64,000 nt of DNA, from assembly GCA_024137785.1 (NCBI GenBank), contig JAHRHZ010000274.1, positions 15,098,387-15,162,386 on the forward strand, written 5' to 3'. Shown piece by piece: positions 25,257 through 38,710 of the stretch. This stretch comes from Ginglymostoma cirratum (taxonomy: Eukaryota). Below the pieces are notes generated by a model, which saw only the letters and a list, made by a program, of their open reading frames with translations, searched no databases and had not been told where the DNA came from. Position 1 is the first letter of the stretch. Each line of letters starts with the position of its first letter. Made by a program: the position numbers and the translations under genes.

Positions 25257-26679
25257 GGTAGGGGGTAGTTTCTGTCAGTTGGGTACACCCCCATAAAGGA
25301 AGCCAAGTGTATTATCTGATCTCAATTCAGGGGCTTAGACATGGTTAGTCGACCAGTTGGGGCAGTCAGGGTCAGGGTTTCCATTTCACTACAGGCTGTG
25401 GAGTTGGCCACAGTCAGTTCCAGTGCAAACAGTCAAAACAGTCAGCAGATTATCTGTAAGTCAGTTCAGGAGGTCCGCTCAGATCAGTCAAGGGTCTGGC
25501 AATTCATCAGCCTGGGATCTCCATCAAAATCAGACAGGACGGTGGACCACATTCAGCCTGGCCATAAGTTGAATGAAAGTCAAAGGGGCTAGGAAGGAAC
25601 ACTTTTGTGTTAGGGAAGTTGGGGAATTCAATGTTGTGGATTGCAGGCAGCAACTGGATGCAGAAGGGATCAAATAGTGAAGCAGAAAATGTGATGTATA
25701 AGGTTGGAGACAGTCATGCCTGGGGCATCATAGGGTACTGCAGGAGGGTGTGTTACCAGTGGTCATCACTATCATAACCTTGGTAGGGGACAGTGCAGTG
25801 TGATGTTGAACAGGGGACTCTGGGGTAACGACGACAGTTGCAGGTATAATTCCAGGTGGAGAATCTATGGTGATCAGTTGGCTAGAGAGTGCCACAAAGA
25901 ACATGACTGTTCGGGCTGTGAGGTAAGTGCCTTACCATCTGAGCCCGAGGCTCACTGTGCTAAACATGACCTGCAATGCCTTCAACATTCAAATGAGCTG
26001 TAAAGGTGCACTGCAAATGGAAAATGACTGTGACCACACCTGCAGCAGCAGAGTCCATGTTTTCTTCTATTTGAGCACATATTCTTGGCTTGCAGGAGAC
26101 ATGAGGCCCTTCAAATGCATCAATGTGCAGTATAGTTTGAAGTCATCTGCAATCATTCCATTGTGCATATGAAATGCATGCTGTGTACAACTGCAATGGG
26201 ATACAAATTTTGATCATAAATAGCCTTTACCCTTTCATTGATCATTGCAGATTGAAGATAGTCATCTCTGTGAAGCAGAAGTTATCACAAGTGATCTTAA
26301 ATATGATAGCTGCAGGCCACAAATCAGAAAGATGCTGTAAGATCTCAGAGGCTATACAGGTGAACAGAGCTGATTCTCACCTTGAACTGTAAGCATCTGT
26401 CAATGTACTCTTTAATGCAGTGACGCCTTTTGTGGTTGACATGGGGTTCTGAGGTCAAGGCCTCAATACTCATGTAGCACTTACCATCTCCTACTGATTC
26501 TTTGTAGCATGACCAGTGCTGTATTTAGCAGAATAAGGTCCTATGTCAAATTTCCATGTAGGGACATTCTATGCACCCACTACTACCTCCCCCCCCCCTC
26601 CACCCCCACCCGCCTCTTGTCAGGGAGTTCTATATCCCACTGCAAGGAGGAATATGCTAAACTATCATTTGTGAGTGAT

Positions 26680-27128
26680 GGATGTTGCCAGGGTTGGAGC
26701 CTTTGCGCTGTAGCAAGAGGTTGAACAGGCTGGGGCTATTTTCCCTGAACCACCAGACGATGAGGGGAGACCTTATAGAGGTTTATAAAATTATGAAGGG
26801 CATGGGTAGGGTGAATTTCCAAAGTCTTATTCCCAGGGTAGGGGATTCCAAAACTAGAGGGCATAGGTGGGGGAAAGATTTAAAAGGGACCTAAAGGGCA
26901 ACTTTTTCAGATGGTGGTGTGTGTATAGAATGAGCCTACAGAGGAAGTGGTGGAGACGGGTATGACAGCAATATTTAAAAGACATCTGGATGGGTATATG
27001 AATAGGAAAGGTTTAGAGGGATATGGGCCAAATGCTGGCAAATGGGACTAGATTTATTTAGGATGTCTGGTCGGCATAGACAAGTTGGACCAAACGGTCT
27101 ATTTCCATGCTCTATAACTCTATGACTT
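26680..27128 (+). mobile_element. CR1 LINE 3' fragment
   Basis: MLPGLE..RLNRLGLFSL..RGDLIEVYKIMKG..SKTRGHR; tail ctataactctatgact. Confidence 0.92.
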
Positions 27129-27344
27129 TGTGTGAATGATGATTGCTCACATTAATATGCACCTTTTTTCCATTTCTTGTGTTCCTCGCACCGGTTCATT
27201 CCTAGTGTGACTGACGAATCTAGTCTTTTCTTCTGCAGTATAAATCATTGATCCTATTGAAATTTGTCATTCCTGCATTTGCCCTGTTGAGTGCAAGGCA
27301 ACAAAACTTCAAGAGCTTGGCTTAGTTACTTAGTTATTTGGACA

Positions 27345-27725
27345 GATTGGAAAAGCTCAAAATGTTCTTACAACAGAGAAAGGTAAGGAAAAATCTAATA
27401 GATGTGTTGTAAATTAGGAGCGGTTCTATAGGAACTAAGTAGGGATCAACTGCTTCCTTGGAATATGGAGAGAAGTCATAAATTTAAAATAATTACCAAA
27501 AGAGCTAGAGTTGAAAATAGGAAAATTTATTTGCATAATGGATGGTTAAGACTTGCACCAAGTGAAAGGTTTGTGGAAACAGCTTCATAAGAACACTCAA
27601 AGGCAACTAAATATGTTGCTGAAGAGATTGAATTTGCAGGGTAAGTGGGAAAAACTGCAGTGAGGATGAAATTGGAAACATTCACACAGGAACAATCTGT
27701 TGAATAATCATTTCTGTTCTGGAAA
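27345..27725 (+). mobile_element. Highly decayed CR1 3' fragment
   Basis: gaaaagctcaaaatgttc..cagagaaaggtaaggaaaaatctaatagatgtgttgtaaatt resembles the LEKLGLFSLEQRRLRGDLIEVFKI coding region. Confidence 0.5.
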
Positions 27726-29323
27726 TTATGGAGTAATCCAGGAGGAGATGTTGGGAATTGATGAAAAACTAAGACAATTATGTAATTTCAAATATTGAAC
27801 ATAAAGGAAAGTGAATCCACTTTTGTGTGATGTGTTCATTGAAATTGGCGAAGTAGTGGTCATCGAACTTCCTTTGAAACCACTTATTACTGATGGCGAC
27901 TCACGCAGCGCTTGAAGCGAATGAGCTGGAGTTGACTTGGCGAGTTATTTCTATGGTAACAGCTTTTGTTTACTTCCTGTCGAGCAGAGTTTCCAAACCC
28001 TTCTACATCACCAGCCTTATTGGACACATTCCAAATGTCACAGCCTTATTTTGCACAGCAACGTTGAGTCTGGGTGGAGTCACATGATTATTAATGTAGT
28101 GTAAACAGTGATTTGCTGTGGAGGTGAAGTGCCAGGAAATAAAAAAGACTTTGAAGGGAGTTTTGCTCTGCCAGTGTTATTTTTGTGTTGTCCAGCTCTG
28201 TAAGATCAGACAAGAGTCAAAACTAAAAGCTGAGTCAAACTAAAACGTCACGTTTTCTTTTCCTTCTTAGAAATATTTCACTAAAGTAAAAAAAACCTTA
28301 TGTCATAGCTCTTACAATTGACCTTTTTTGATATTCTATATTTACCACCCATGAAAACCTTATTCATTCAATATTCCTCCTGGCTAAACAGTTTCTCTGC
28401 ATATCCAATAATGGAAAACAGTGGGTCTGTGTTTTCAATTTTCATAGCTTTTGGGTGTTTGGCTCTCATCCAGTCTCCTTGAAATCTGTTTGCAGAATTT
28501 GCAAAGCCGTTACCATAATTAAAGTGTCCCCTGTTCAACTCCTGCTATAACGCATTTATCTGGAATGTCACCAAAGTACAGCAGACCGCCCAACATCTGT
28601 TCAGATGTACCCCTGTAGTCATCTTTAACAGGAATCTTCTTGTCATGCTGGCAGGATTTAAATGGGCAGCATTGTTCAAGTTTTAACATAACTAACAGTA
28701 AATTAATAATGACAAACAACTTTAGTTACAAGGACAGTCTTCAATCGCTGGCAGCCTATGGATTTTTTAATATAGCATATTATGGTTGCTGAGAAGTCAT
28801 AATGTAGTGCTTCATGCTAAACTGATAATGGAATAATAGCTCACTCTATTTGATTGAGTCTAGACAGAATCTATTACGTCCTCGCCCAACTTTCATACAC
28901 AGGCAACAGATATTGGGAATAGAAGGCTTGACTGAAGCTCTGGTGGCCGTGAATCAAGCTTGGGTCTGTTCTTAACTGTTTGCTTCAAAACCAACTCACT
29001 CAACCCACAAGCCTAAGACTTTGAGATTACACCATGGAATAAAACTTTATATGTTTAGCATGCTCACCTAAAATGTGAAATTCTCTCAACCTCAACAACG
29101 TTGATGTTTTGAATAAAAAGAAACGGATTTCAGATGAATGATTTAAAGCATTCATATGTGGTTAACTCATGTCATAGAATTGGAAACCTAAATATCGTTT
29201 GTGAACATTCCGAAACTCAGAATGCATTATTGTCTGAATTTAACTTTGCTTCTATTGATTTAAAACCCAATATATCCTATGCATTAATGTTAGATAGTCT
29301 AACTGCTATCGGTACAACTTCAT

Positions 29324-29411
29324 ACACACACACACATTAGCTCACACACACATTAGCACACACACACACTCGTGCACACACACACTCGTGCGCACACACA
29401 CACATACACAG
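29324..29411. repeat. Compound (CA)n microsatellite
   Basis: Directly visible, with cattagc and ctcgtg interruptions. Confidence 0.92.
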
Positions 29412-30863
29412 GCAAGAACACTGGACTAAAGTGGCATGTCTGGTTTATACAAAGATACCAATGTTCTTCCCTAATGTGCTGGATAGAGGAAAATGAATCC
29501 CTTCAAGGTAATGAAAGACTACTAGTCTGAATATGAATGTATGTGTACTATTAGTAGATTGAGGATCAACCAAGACCTTTGATCATTTGGAATTAGAATG
29601 GTTCAACAAGACATTTCAAATGTGCATCAATTACTTATTTAATAATGCACTTTGATTTTACATCTAGGTGCTCAAGATTTCCTGTGTCCAAATGCTTCCT
29701 GACATATATCATTCTACTGCATTTATTATCAAATCCTTTTTCAACCACACAAAGTAGATGTACAGTAAAAGCCCTGGCAATGTCTAGCAGCATGCCTGTT
29801 TCAAGGCCAATGTTCTATCAGCTCAATAAAGTGATATTTAATTCACATATTTCATTTCATTTAATTCATTGGTTGGATGGATAATAAAATTGTGCTATTC
29901 CAGTTCTTTGCCAAGCATGTAGTCGCATGTTTCAGCATTAATCCAAATGTAACTGAGTCAGGATGATTATTGGCACAGACAGAGTGTCAGTAATGTATCA
30001 TCAATTGTATGGTAATCTCAGTGATCCATTTGTCATTATTATAAATGCTAAAAGCATTCATTGTTGAAATCAAAAGAAACCCGTCCAGAGGAAAGGGAAA
30101 ATGTGCTATATAGGAGGACATATCACAAGTTGAGCTCAGGATGAAGAGGAAGTAACAACAAATTTAGCAACGCTACATTCTATTAATTAAAATTAATTAC
30201 AACTGAACTTGTGTCCAAAATATCATTGAGTCAGAGGCCATCACTTTGAGTTCCATGGTGTGTATTTGAACACATAAATTATTCTGCGGGATTATTCCAT
30301 TAGGCTTTTGGATAGGAGATTAAATTATGACCCTGTTACTAGATGTAATACATAATTCAGTCACCCAGGTGTCAGAGTCTGGAATTGCTTCAAGATGAAA
30401 AGGGTGTTCTTGCTGTACACTGACCAATATTCCTCCCTCAACCAAGACAACTAAAAACATCACAAATTAACTGGTAATCCATCTCACTTAGTCAATGAAA
30501 TTACTCAGTACTGAATCTTCTGAGGAATATCAATCACGATGATATTGCCATTCCTTTTTACTTACTCTGCACCCTCTCAGTGTTTCTAATGGAAATGTCT
30601 AATTCAAGCAGTATGAGAAATTTAGAGTGTATCTGATCTGATAGCCTCCCAGCTCAGAACAGGACTAACACTGGAGTAAAACCATACCCGGTTTATATAG
30701 CAGTAACTGCGGCAAGAACAGGTTTAAAGGTCCAAAAGCACTTCGACCAGCTGTGGAGAGAAGGTGAGTATATAAGATAAGCAGGTTAGGGAGGAGGGTG
30801 GGAGGTGGGGGTGAAATGGTTGGTGGACAAGTGGGCGGGTGAGGGGTAAGCTGGCAGCTGTTT

Positions 30864-30958
30864 AAGGTGTAGAGTGCCAGGTGAGTGAGGGAATAGAGTG
30901 CCTGCCGGGTGAGGTGTAGAGTGCCAGCTGGGTGAGGTATAGCGTGCCAGGTGGATGA
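30864..30958. repeat. Degenerate ~23-bp tandem repeat (gaggtgtagagtgccagnnngggt) x4 in a G-rich tract
   Basis: tagagtgcc or tagcgtgcc recurs at ~23-bp spacing. Confidence 0.75.
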
Positions 30959-32142
30959 AAGTGTAGGTTATCAGGGTGGTTAATGAGGTGGTAGGATAGG
31001 CGAGTAGTGAGGTGAATAGATAGGATGGTAAGCAGAAGGAAAGGGAAAGCAGATAAGTGGTCAGAGGGTGGGGTAGGTCTGGTATTTAGAGGGTAGATGG
31101 TTTCAGGGTTTCAAGGTGGAGGAGCAGGTTAATGTTTGATAGGAAATTAATGCGTATTTAATGAGGAGAGGGAGTAGAGGCTGAGTAGGCTTTCAGTGTA
31201 AGTAGCCAGGAGGCCAGTTTTATAATTAACCACAAGTTGGAGCCAGTTTTAATCCCTCAAACCTTTCCTGTGCAACTATTCTGCTTAGTAAGTTGGCGCC
31301 CCCAGACCCTAAAGTTCCAGTTGCAAGATAATTGCCCATCTAAAGTTGAAACTTCCTGGGCAATTACCACATAGTCAGTGAGTCGCACTGTCTGAGGAGT
31401 CCTTATAGTACATCTATCAGGGTATGCCCAGCCTCGACAGTGGAAGACTTTGGTCTTCAAATTACAGAACATACAATCCAACAAGCCTATTCAAACACTG
31501 ATGTTCCACACGAGCCTCCTTCCAATCCCATTCATCTCACCCCTCCAATAGACCTTTCTATTCCTTTCTCTCTCTTTTGCTTATTTAGCTTCCCCAATTT
31601 CTACTTTTGCTACAGAACAGTGGAAGCATTCCAAGTAGATCGGTAAAGTACCTCGGGACATTGCAACACGATGAAAGGTCTAATGGTCTTATATAAGTGC
31701 AACGTTTCTTTTTGGTAGAGTTATCACAAAAAAGGTGCTGTGCATACAAAGTATTTCAGTACCATACTTCTCCTTTAATCAGATTAAAAGAGTTTGACAG
31801 TCTCCAAACCCCAGTTCTTTCACAGCTCGGTATATCTGCCACAAACTCGATTCGCTGATTCCAGTCACTGATTCGGTCCCCCTTTCCATTCAGTTTGTCA
31901 TGACGATCCAGACTTTGTGCCATCTCAGCCTCCCAGCTGATCTGATCTGAACTGAACTTTCAACCTAAGGCCTCTCCTTTTAAAAGGCTGTCTGTTTCTA
32001 CTCTCATAACATTATCATCTCCATTTGGGGCTGAAAGCCCTTTACAGTCATTTACTATCTTCAGTCTTGACCATTCCAATATTGCTCTGGCTAACCTCTC
32101 AACTTACAATCTTCATGTACTCTGTGCTAGTTCATCTTTTTC

Positions 32143-32450
32143 AGAATCATAGATTCCCTACAGTGTGGAAACAGGCCCTTTGGTCCAACAAGTCCACACT
32201 GACCCACAGAGCATCCCACCCAGACCCATCCCCCATTACCCACCTAATCTACACATCCCTGAACGCTATGGACAATTTAGCATAGCCAATCCACCTAGCC
32301 TGCACATCTTTGGCCTGTGGGAGGAAACCAGAGCACCCAGAGGAAACCCACGCAGACACGGGGGGAATGTGCAAACTCCACACAGACAGTCACCTGAGGG
32401 TGGAATCAAACCCAGGTGGTGTGCTAACCACTGAGCCACCGTGCCGCCCC
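32143..32450 (-). mobile_element. HE1-type V-SINE, near full length, inside an L2 remnant (~32050-32870)
   Basis: Minus strand ggggcggcacggTGGCTCAGTGGttagcac..GGTTTGATTCC, followed by the V-domain and tail ctgtagggaatctatgattct. Confidence 0.92.
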
Positions 32451-33169
32451 CTTGGTGTTTCTTGGTGCATTAATGCCTCAGACTTAAAATACTTAATCGC
32501 TTTATTTTAAATATTAAATCGCTTTTTGCTTCACCCCTCCCTATTTCTATAACTTATTCCAGCCCTCCAGAAATATGACTTCACAACTCCTGACCCTGAC
32601 ACATACTCCCACCCCCGATAACCTCACCTTCATTCATGACATCCCTCAAGTCTGGAATTCCCTTCCCAAATTTCTCTGTGACATCAGCTCTCTCTCCTCC
32701 TTTAAGTCTCTTCTTAAAATCTCCCTCTTTAACCAACTGTTTTTTTTTAAACATAATACTTCCTTCTTGGCTCAGTGTCAGTTTTAATCAAATTACACCC
32801 ACTGTGAAGGACCATGACAGTTTTCATACCTTAAAGGCACTGTTTAGAGGTAAATTATCGTTGTTATTTCATTTCCATCGATTGTTCATTATTTGTGGCT
32901 ACTGAAAAAAGAAAAACAAACACAAAAGACACTTTCCGACTGACCTGGAACGGAATACACGTTTATCTTTTACTGGTGCTGCTTGGTGTTTTTGAAATCT
33001 AATTATCGTGTTTGTCAATCAAACGTATGACATCATCCAGATTTTAATGCTGAGTAGTATTTGAGAGGCAGCTCCTCCGTGTTAATCAGAAGTGAAATGT
33101 ATGCATCTGATTTAGGCCGGTACTCCATTCCCATACTAGAATATGTACTAGAGGTGTGTAAATTAAGCC

Positions 33170-33405
33170 ACTATTTCAAATAAGGACCTGGAAGTTCCCC
33201 TTTATTTAAAACTTATCTTTCAACCAACATTGCAAAAATAATTGCCCGCATTGTCTGGTCATTATCATATTGCCCTTTCCAACACCTTGCTGTAAAATGG
33301 TTGCCACATTCCCTACTTTACAATGGTGACTGTGCCTCAAAAGTACATATCTGGCTGCAAAGCAATTTGAGATGTCCTGAGGTCATGAAGAGGCGAATAA
33401 AATAT
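33170..33405 (+). mobile_element. Deu-domain SINE 3' remnant
   Basis: tcaaccaacattgc..tctggtcattatcatattg..ggctgcaaagcaatttgagatgtcctgaggtcatgaagaggcg. Confidence 0.55.
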
Positions 33406-34172
33406 ACTTTAATAGTCTTTTAAGTAATAATTGACAACCATTTCAAACTAATTCGGGTTCGGGAAACACACAGGTTTCTGGACAACAGAAACAATGTTAT
33501 TTCCTGCACCTGCAACTTCCCCTTTCTGGATTAGCTTGTTATAGATCTGGTCAGTATCGTTATCCACACAGCTATGCCAGGTCTTTGTCATGTGTCCAAA
33601 GTAGGCCTGGTGATACGTATTTTACACTGATGCTAGTGCCATGTTAGCTAATTACACCCTAATTACCAACTGTGCTCTTTCTCTTAAAAGAAACAAATGT
33701 ATTGCACAAAGCTGTCCTAGTTCTGCAGTAGCTCAGAAGCTAGTTTCCAGACGCTCAGATGGACAATTTTGGCAGCTTCAGGAAGAGCATGTTTACTATC
33801 AATTCAAAACGGCAAGAAAGAAACACCCTCTGCATTGTGGTATATATCATAAGAAGGTATCCATCAATGGGAACAGTCACTCCCAACCCAGAAACCAGAA
33901 TAGCATCCACAAGCAAAATTATAAGTGTGGGTGAACTTTGTTTTTTTTGTTTGTAACTATTTATGAAGTATAACAACACATTGTATACACAGTTGGGTCA
34001 TTTATAAGATTGACACATGCACTCAATATATTGGTACACTGTAATTGTTAGTTATATTCCATAATAACATTTACATACAAAGTCAACAATTTCTTTCTTT
34101 CATTGTGTTGGTTCCTATTGGAATCAGATGGCTTACTTTAACTGGTGTGCACCATTTGGGGGCTGATTCCAT

Positions 34173-34337
34173 ACTCCCAGCAACGAACCTCACTCGCAAA
34201 GAAATAACATTGGGAAGCTGAGAGCCTGCAACCCTGTGATTTTCCAACCTGTTAAATGAATGGGTGGAAAATCACAGGCTGCTAGATCTGACTTCCTGAC
34301 TCACTCTCCCCACAAGTACAGCTGCTTGCTTGGGAGT
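34173..34337. repeat. Imperfect palindrome, MITE-like
   Basis: Perfect 14-bp inverted repeat cctgtgattttcca (34233-34246) / tggaaaatcacagg (34265-34278), extending imperfectly to actcccagca / tgcttgggagt. Confidence 0.7.
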
Positions 34338-35602
34338 GCCCAGTCACAGACTTCAGGCCTTGCCTTTAATTCATAGATTTTCCAAGTGGGGTTTCCATAA
34401 CCTAGTGGGTAGGTGTGGATCCTTTTGTTTTAGGGCTGGTGACTGAGGTCAGCAGGTTTCTGCCCAATGGCCAACACTATTCAAAATGTGTCTGCATTCC
34501 TCAGTTTATTGGTATATTGCTTCTGTCAGATTGTAGTACAATTTTTATCTCAGGCTGTATTTTCAAACATTTTTGCACAAGAGGGTCTCCCTAGGAATGT
34601 GCAAGGGGTCCCCAAAAGGGAAAGTCTGAAAGTCACTGAATATGTTCATTTCAGGCCTGGTGGTGTTACCGTTTCCTGTACAAGACACTGTGAAACTCCT
34701 GATAAAATGCTGGCAGCCCACACCCAGTTACCACATCCTACATGGTCTACTTTGCGACCGAGAAAGTTATGAAAGATTTTGTAGGAACTAAGCAGCAATA
34801 CGAGCCGTGTGCTCCCCACTGACTTTGGGCAAAAACGGCTGAAGACAGCACTAAAAGTGGAGACAGGGCCTCAGGAAAAGCATCATAAACTTCCAAAATC
34901 TGAAATCTCACTCTAGGTGATGTCATTAGGCAGAACTTAAGGAGACACAGCAGATATGTAGACAGCCACAGCATCTGGAATGTGTTACAGGCAAGAACCC
35001 AGTTATAAGTGGTATGGGTGGTTTCTGCATGTGTGAGGCCCAAACTGCTCTCTGCCAACCATCAACAGAGGAGGGGCGGATAGTACAAAGAGCACAGCAC
35101 TTTCCTACGAGGCATACTATTTATTACCTAAACCCAAAGTTTGTTTTGTAGTGGTATAAACAAAAGGGTGGAGATAGCAGACGAAAGAGTATGCAGACAG
35201 CTTTATTGTTGTTCTTTTTTTAAAAAGTTAATCCAGGAACCTGCTCCTCTCCTTCTACAACACAGATACCTGATGATAAAGAAAGAATCAGACTACTTAT
35301 TATATTCATTTAATTATAGCTTTTTTTCAATTTCAACAGCATCGAGTGAGTGACTGTTGAGAGATTTGGAAAGGCCATTTAAATGACCATAAGTTCCCAT
35401 TGTCTAGCTAGCTTAGCAACCATGCAAACAACACCTAGTGACACAAATATTTAATATCTCATCATATTTCCTTTCATTATTAATATAACACTTAGCTCAG
35501 TGAGCGATTGCAGGCCAGGTGAGTCCCAAGCTAGGCCCACAATCTGTGTTGTTGACCCACCTCAGTCAGGGTAAAGTTAGACCACCACAGCTTTCTTTTC
35601 TT

Positions 35603-38030
35603 TTAATTCATTCATGACAGAGGTGAAACTAGCAAGGCTGGCATTTATTTCCCACCCCTAATTATCCTGGGGAGGGTGGGGCTGAGCTGTTTTCTTGAAC
35701 TGCTGCAGTTCTTCAGGTGTAGAGACACCCACCATGCTGTTAGGGAGGACATTCCACCATTGTCACTCAGCAAAAGTGAATGAAAGGAAGCATTGTTCCA
35801 CGTCAAGATGGAGAGTGGCTTGGAGTGGAACTTGTAACTGGTGGTGTTGCCATGCACCTGATGCCCTTGTCCTTCTATATAGTAGAGGTTGCAGTTTGGA
35901 AGGTGCTATTGAACTAGTCTTGGTGAATTATTTCTGTGTATCTTGTAGGTGGTGTATGTTGCTGCCACTGTGTGCCAGTGGCAAAGTGAGTGTATTATGA
36001 AAGTGCCAGATGATATGCCAGTCAAGTAGATGAGTGTCAGCTTCTTAAGTATTGTTGCAGCAGCAGTTAGTATTCCATCACACTCCTGACTTGTCCTTGT
36101 ACATGCTCAACAGGCTTTGGGGAGACAGGAGGTGTACTGCAAACTGCTAAACATCTACCCTGTTCTTTTACCAACAGGCTGTTTCTGGCCAATGGTAATC
36201 CCCCAGGATGTTGATAATGGGGATTTCAACAATGGTAAACCCACTGAACATCAAGGGCCAATAGTTCTGTTTTCTCTTATTGGAGAAGTTCATTCCCTGG
36301 CATTTGTGTAGCATATTACTTGCTGGGTGTTGCTGTATCAGAATCTGAGGAGATAGAAATGGTGCTGAACATTGTTTGTCATCAATGAACTTCCCTACTT
36401 CTGACCTTTTGATGGATGTAGGTAATTGATGAAGCAGTTAAATATTGTTGAGAGTAGGACACTACCCTAAGGAGCTTCTACAGTGATATCTTTGAGCTGA
36501 AACAATTGGCCTCATTCCTTGGCACTAGGTATGACTCCAATCAGCAGAGATTCCCCTGATTCCTTTTCATGCCAATTGTTTTAGGGCTCTTGGACTATAT
36601 ACTCAATCAGACGCTGCCTTGATGTCAAGGGCAGTCACAAGCACTTCACAGCTTGAATTCAATTCTTTTGTCCATTTTGAACCAAGGCTATATTGAGGTC
36701 AGAAGCAAAGTGACCCTGGCAGAATCCAAACTAAGCAATAGTGAGCAAATATGAGTGCCATTTGATAGTCCTAATGACAACACCTTCCATCACTTTGCTG
36801 ATAATCGATAGTAGACTGATGAGGAAGTAACTGGCCCTATTGGAGTTCTCAATTTTTTGTACACCTGGGCAAGTATCAACATTTTTATAGCTGTGCTGGA
36901 ATAGATTGGCTAGGTGCATGGCTAGTTCTGGAGCACAAATCTTCAGTACTGTTGAGTATGGAGATATTTATAGAATATCTACCTCTGTTAGTTGTTTAGC
37001 TGTCCACCACCATTCACAACTAGATGTAACAGGACAGCAGAACTTAGATTTGAAGCATTGAATCTTGGATCTGTCTGTTGTATGCATTTAAGCAGTTTGG
37101 CACACAAGTAGCGCTTACAGCTTTAACCAGGCTTACAGCTCATTTTAAGGAATATCTAGTGCTTCTCCTGTCATGCACCTCTACGCTCTCCGTTGAACCA
37201 GTGTTGATCTCCTGGCTTGATAGTAATAATTAAAATGCTGAACTATGATATTACTGATTATAGTTGAATACAATCCAGCTGGTGCTGATGGCCCACCTTC
37301 CCAATGTCCAGTTTTGACTCGTTAGATCTGATTGAAATATGTCCCATTTAGCACGATAGAGGATATTCTCAATATAAAGATGGGGACTTTGCCCCCACAA
37401 GGACTCCTTCAGATACTGTCATGGGCGAACACAGGCGAGGGTGAGGTCACAAAAGGTCCCTCTTGTTGCATTCCTCACTGCCTGCTGCAGAACCAATGTA
37501 GCAGCAATGCACGTTCGGATTTTTCCAGCTCAGTCAGTGGGAATGCTACCAAGCTGCTCTTGACGATGAACATTGAAGTCTCCCACTCAGAGTACATTCT
37601 GTACCCTCGCTACCATCAGGGCTGCCTCCATTCAACATTGTGGCGTAATGATTCATTAGCCAAGTGGGGTACCTGGCAATCAGCAGGAGGTTTCCTTGTC
37701 CATGTTTGATGCCATGAGATTTCTTGCTGTCCACAGTGTACGTTGAGGACTCCCAGGGTAAATCCTTCCCTACTGTATTCCATTGTGCTGCCATCTTTCG
37801 TGCATCCGTCCTGCCAGTGGTACAGAATAAATCCAAGGATGATGGTAGTGGCATCTGGGACATTCTCTATAAGGTATAGATCAGTGAATAGGACTATGTG
37901 AGGTTGTTGCTTGACCAGTCTATTGGACAAGCCCCCTGATGTTGGTAAGGAGACCTTGCAGGGTCGACAAGAGTTGAGTTTGCCATTGTTTTCCAGTGTT
38001 TCTTTTGATGATCAGTGGTATGTTCAATTT
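35603..38030 (-). mobile_element. Decayed, internally deleted APE-RT LINE (CR1/L2/Jockey group)
   Basis: Minus strand: APE N-terminus RLVKQQPHIVLFTDLYL..VPDATT (~37920-37850); RT ISLLSIISKVMEGV (~36780-36822) and TALDIKAA (~36610-36637); 3' tail aattaggggtgggaaataaatgcc..atgaatgaatt at ~35603-35665. Confidence 0.82.
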
Positions 38031-38559
38031 CATTCCTTGACATCAGCAGCAATTCTGGACGTAAAAAAGGAATACGAATTAGCCAGAAGTTCTCTTCCCC
38101 TGATCACTGCTCAGAGATACTTGTCAGAAACTGGATGTCAGTTAAAGACTGAAGATATTCTTTATTTTAATTGTGCCAACATTGCTGTCAATTCCTTCAG
38201 ATGGGCTGTGGAAATCCTTCCCTCAATCTAATTGTGTTTTTACTTCTGTCTCTGCCTTTTCTTAAAGCCTGCCTCAAGCTTTTAGTCCTGTCCAGTTATC
38301 TGCTTATTTGGATTCGCGTCAAATAGTTTTTCATAATGGTCACGTGATGTGCCTTCAGACATTTTAGACATGTAAGACGCTATGCAAAGGCAACTTGTTG
38401 TTTATGACCATGCATTACAAAATGGGCAACAGACTGTGGCTGGTATCCAGCAAGACACAGGCCTTGGTGTAAATCTGTCCTGCAAAGGGCAGAAAGAACT
38501 GCCTCAGGAAACAGAAGGAGCACAAACACCTTCACCATCAGTAGACAATGGCTTCACAA

Positions 38560-38710
38560 ATCTACCTCAGAAGGCTGAGAAACAGAATGAATGTTTGGGC
38601 AAAATGTTTAACACATTGGTCAAATCCATTTGTGCTCATTTTGCACCCCAGAAGAATTTGATCCTCAATGTTAAGACTTTTTTTTCCCAAACAAATGACA
38701 TTAAATGAAT
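38560..38710 (+). mobile_element. Possible Gypsy gag relic
   Basis: FNTLVKSICAHFAPQKNLILNVKTFF resembles the gag motif (Y/F)xxLxxxLxxHFxPxKNxxxERxxF. Confidence 0.3.

Noticed and set aside
33751-33856. Possible coding exon near tttccag..aag/gtat within ORF 33641-33934
   Set aside because: No recognisable protein similarity and no compatible neighbouring exons.
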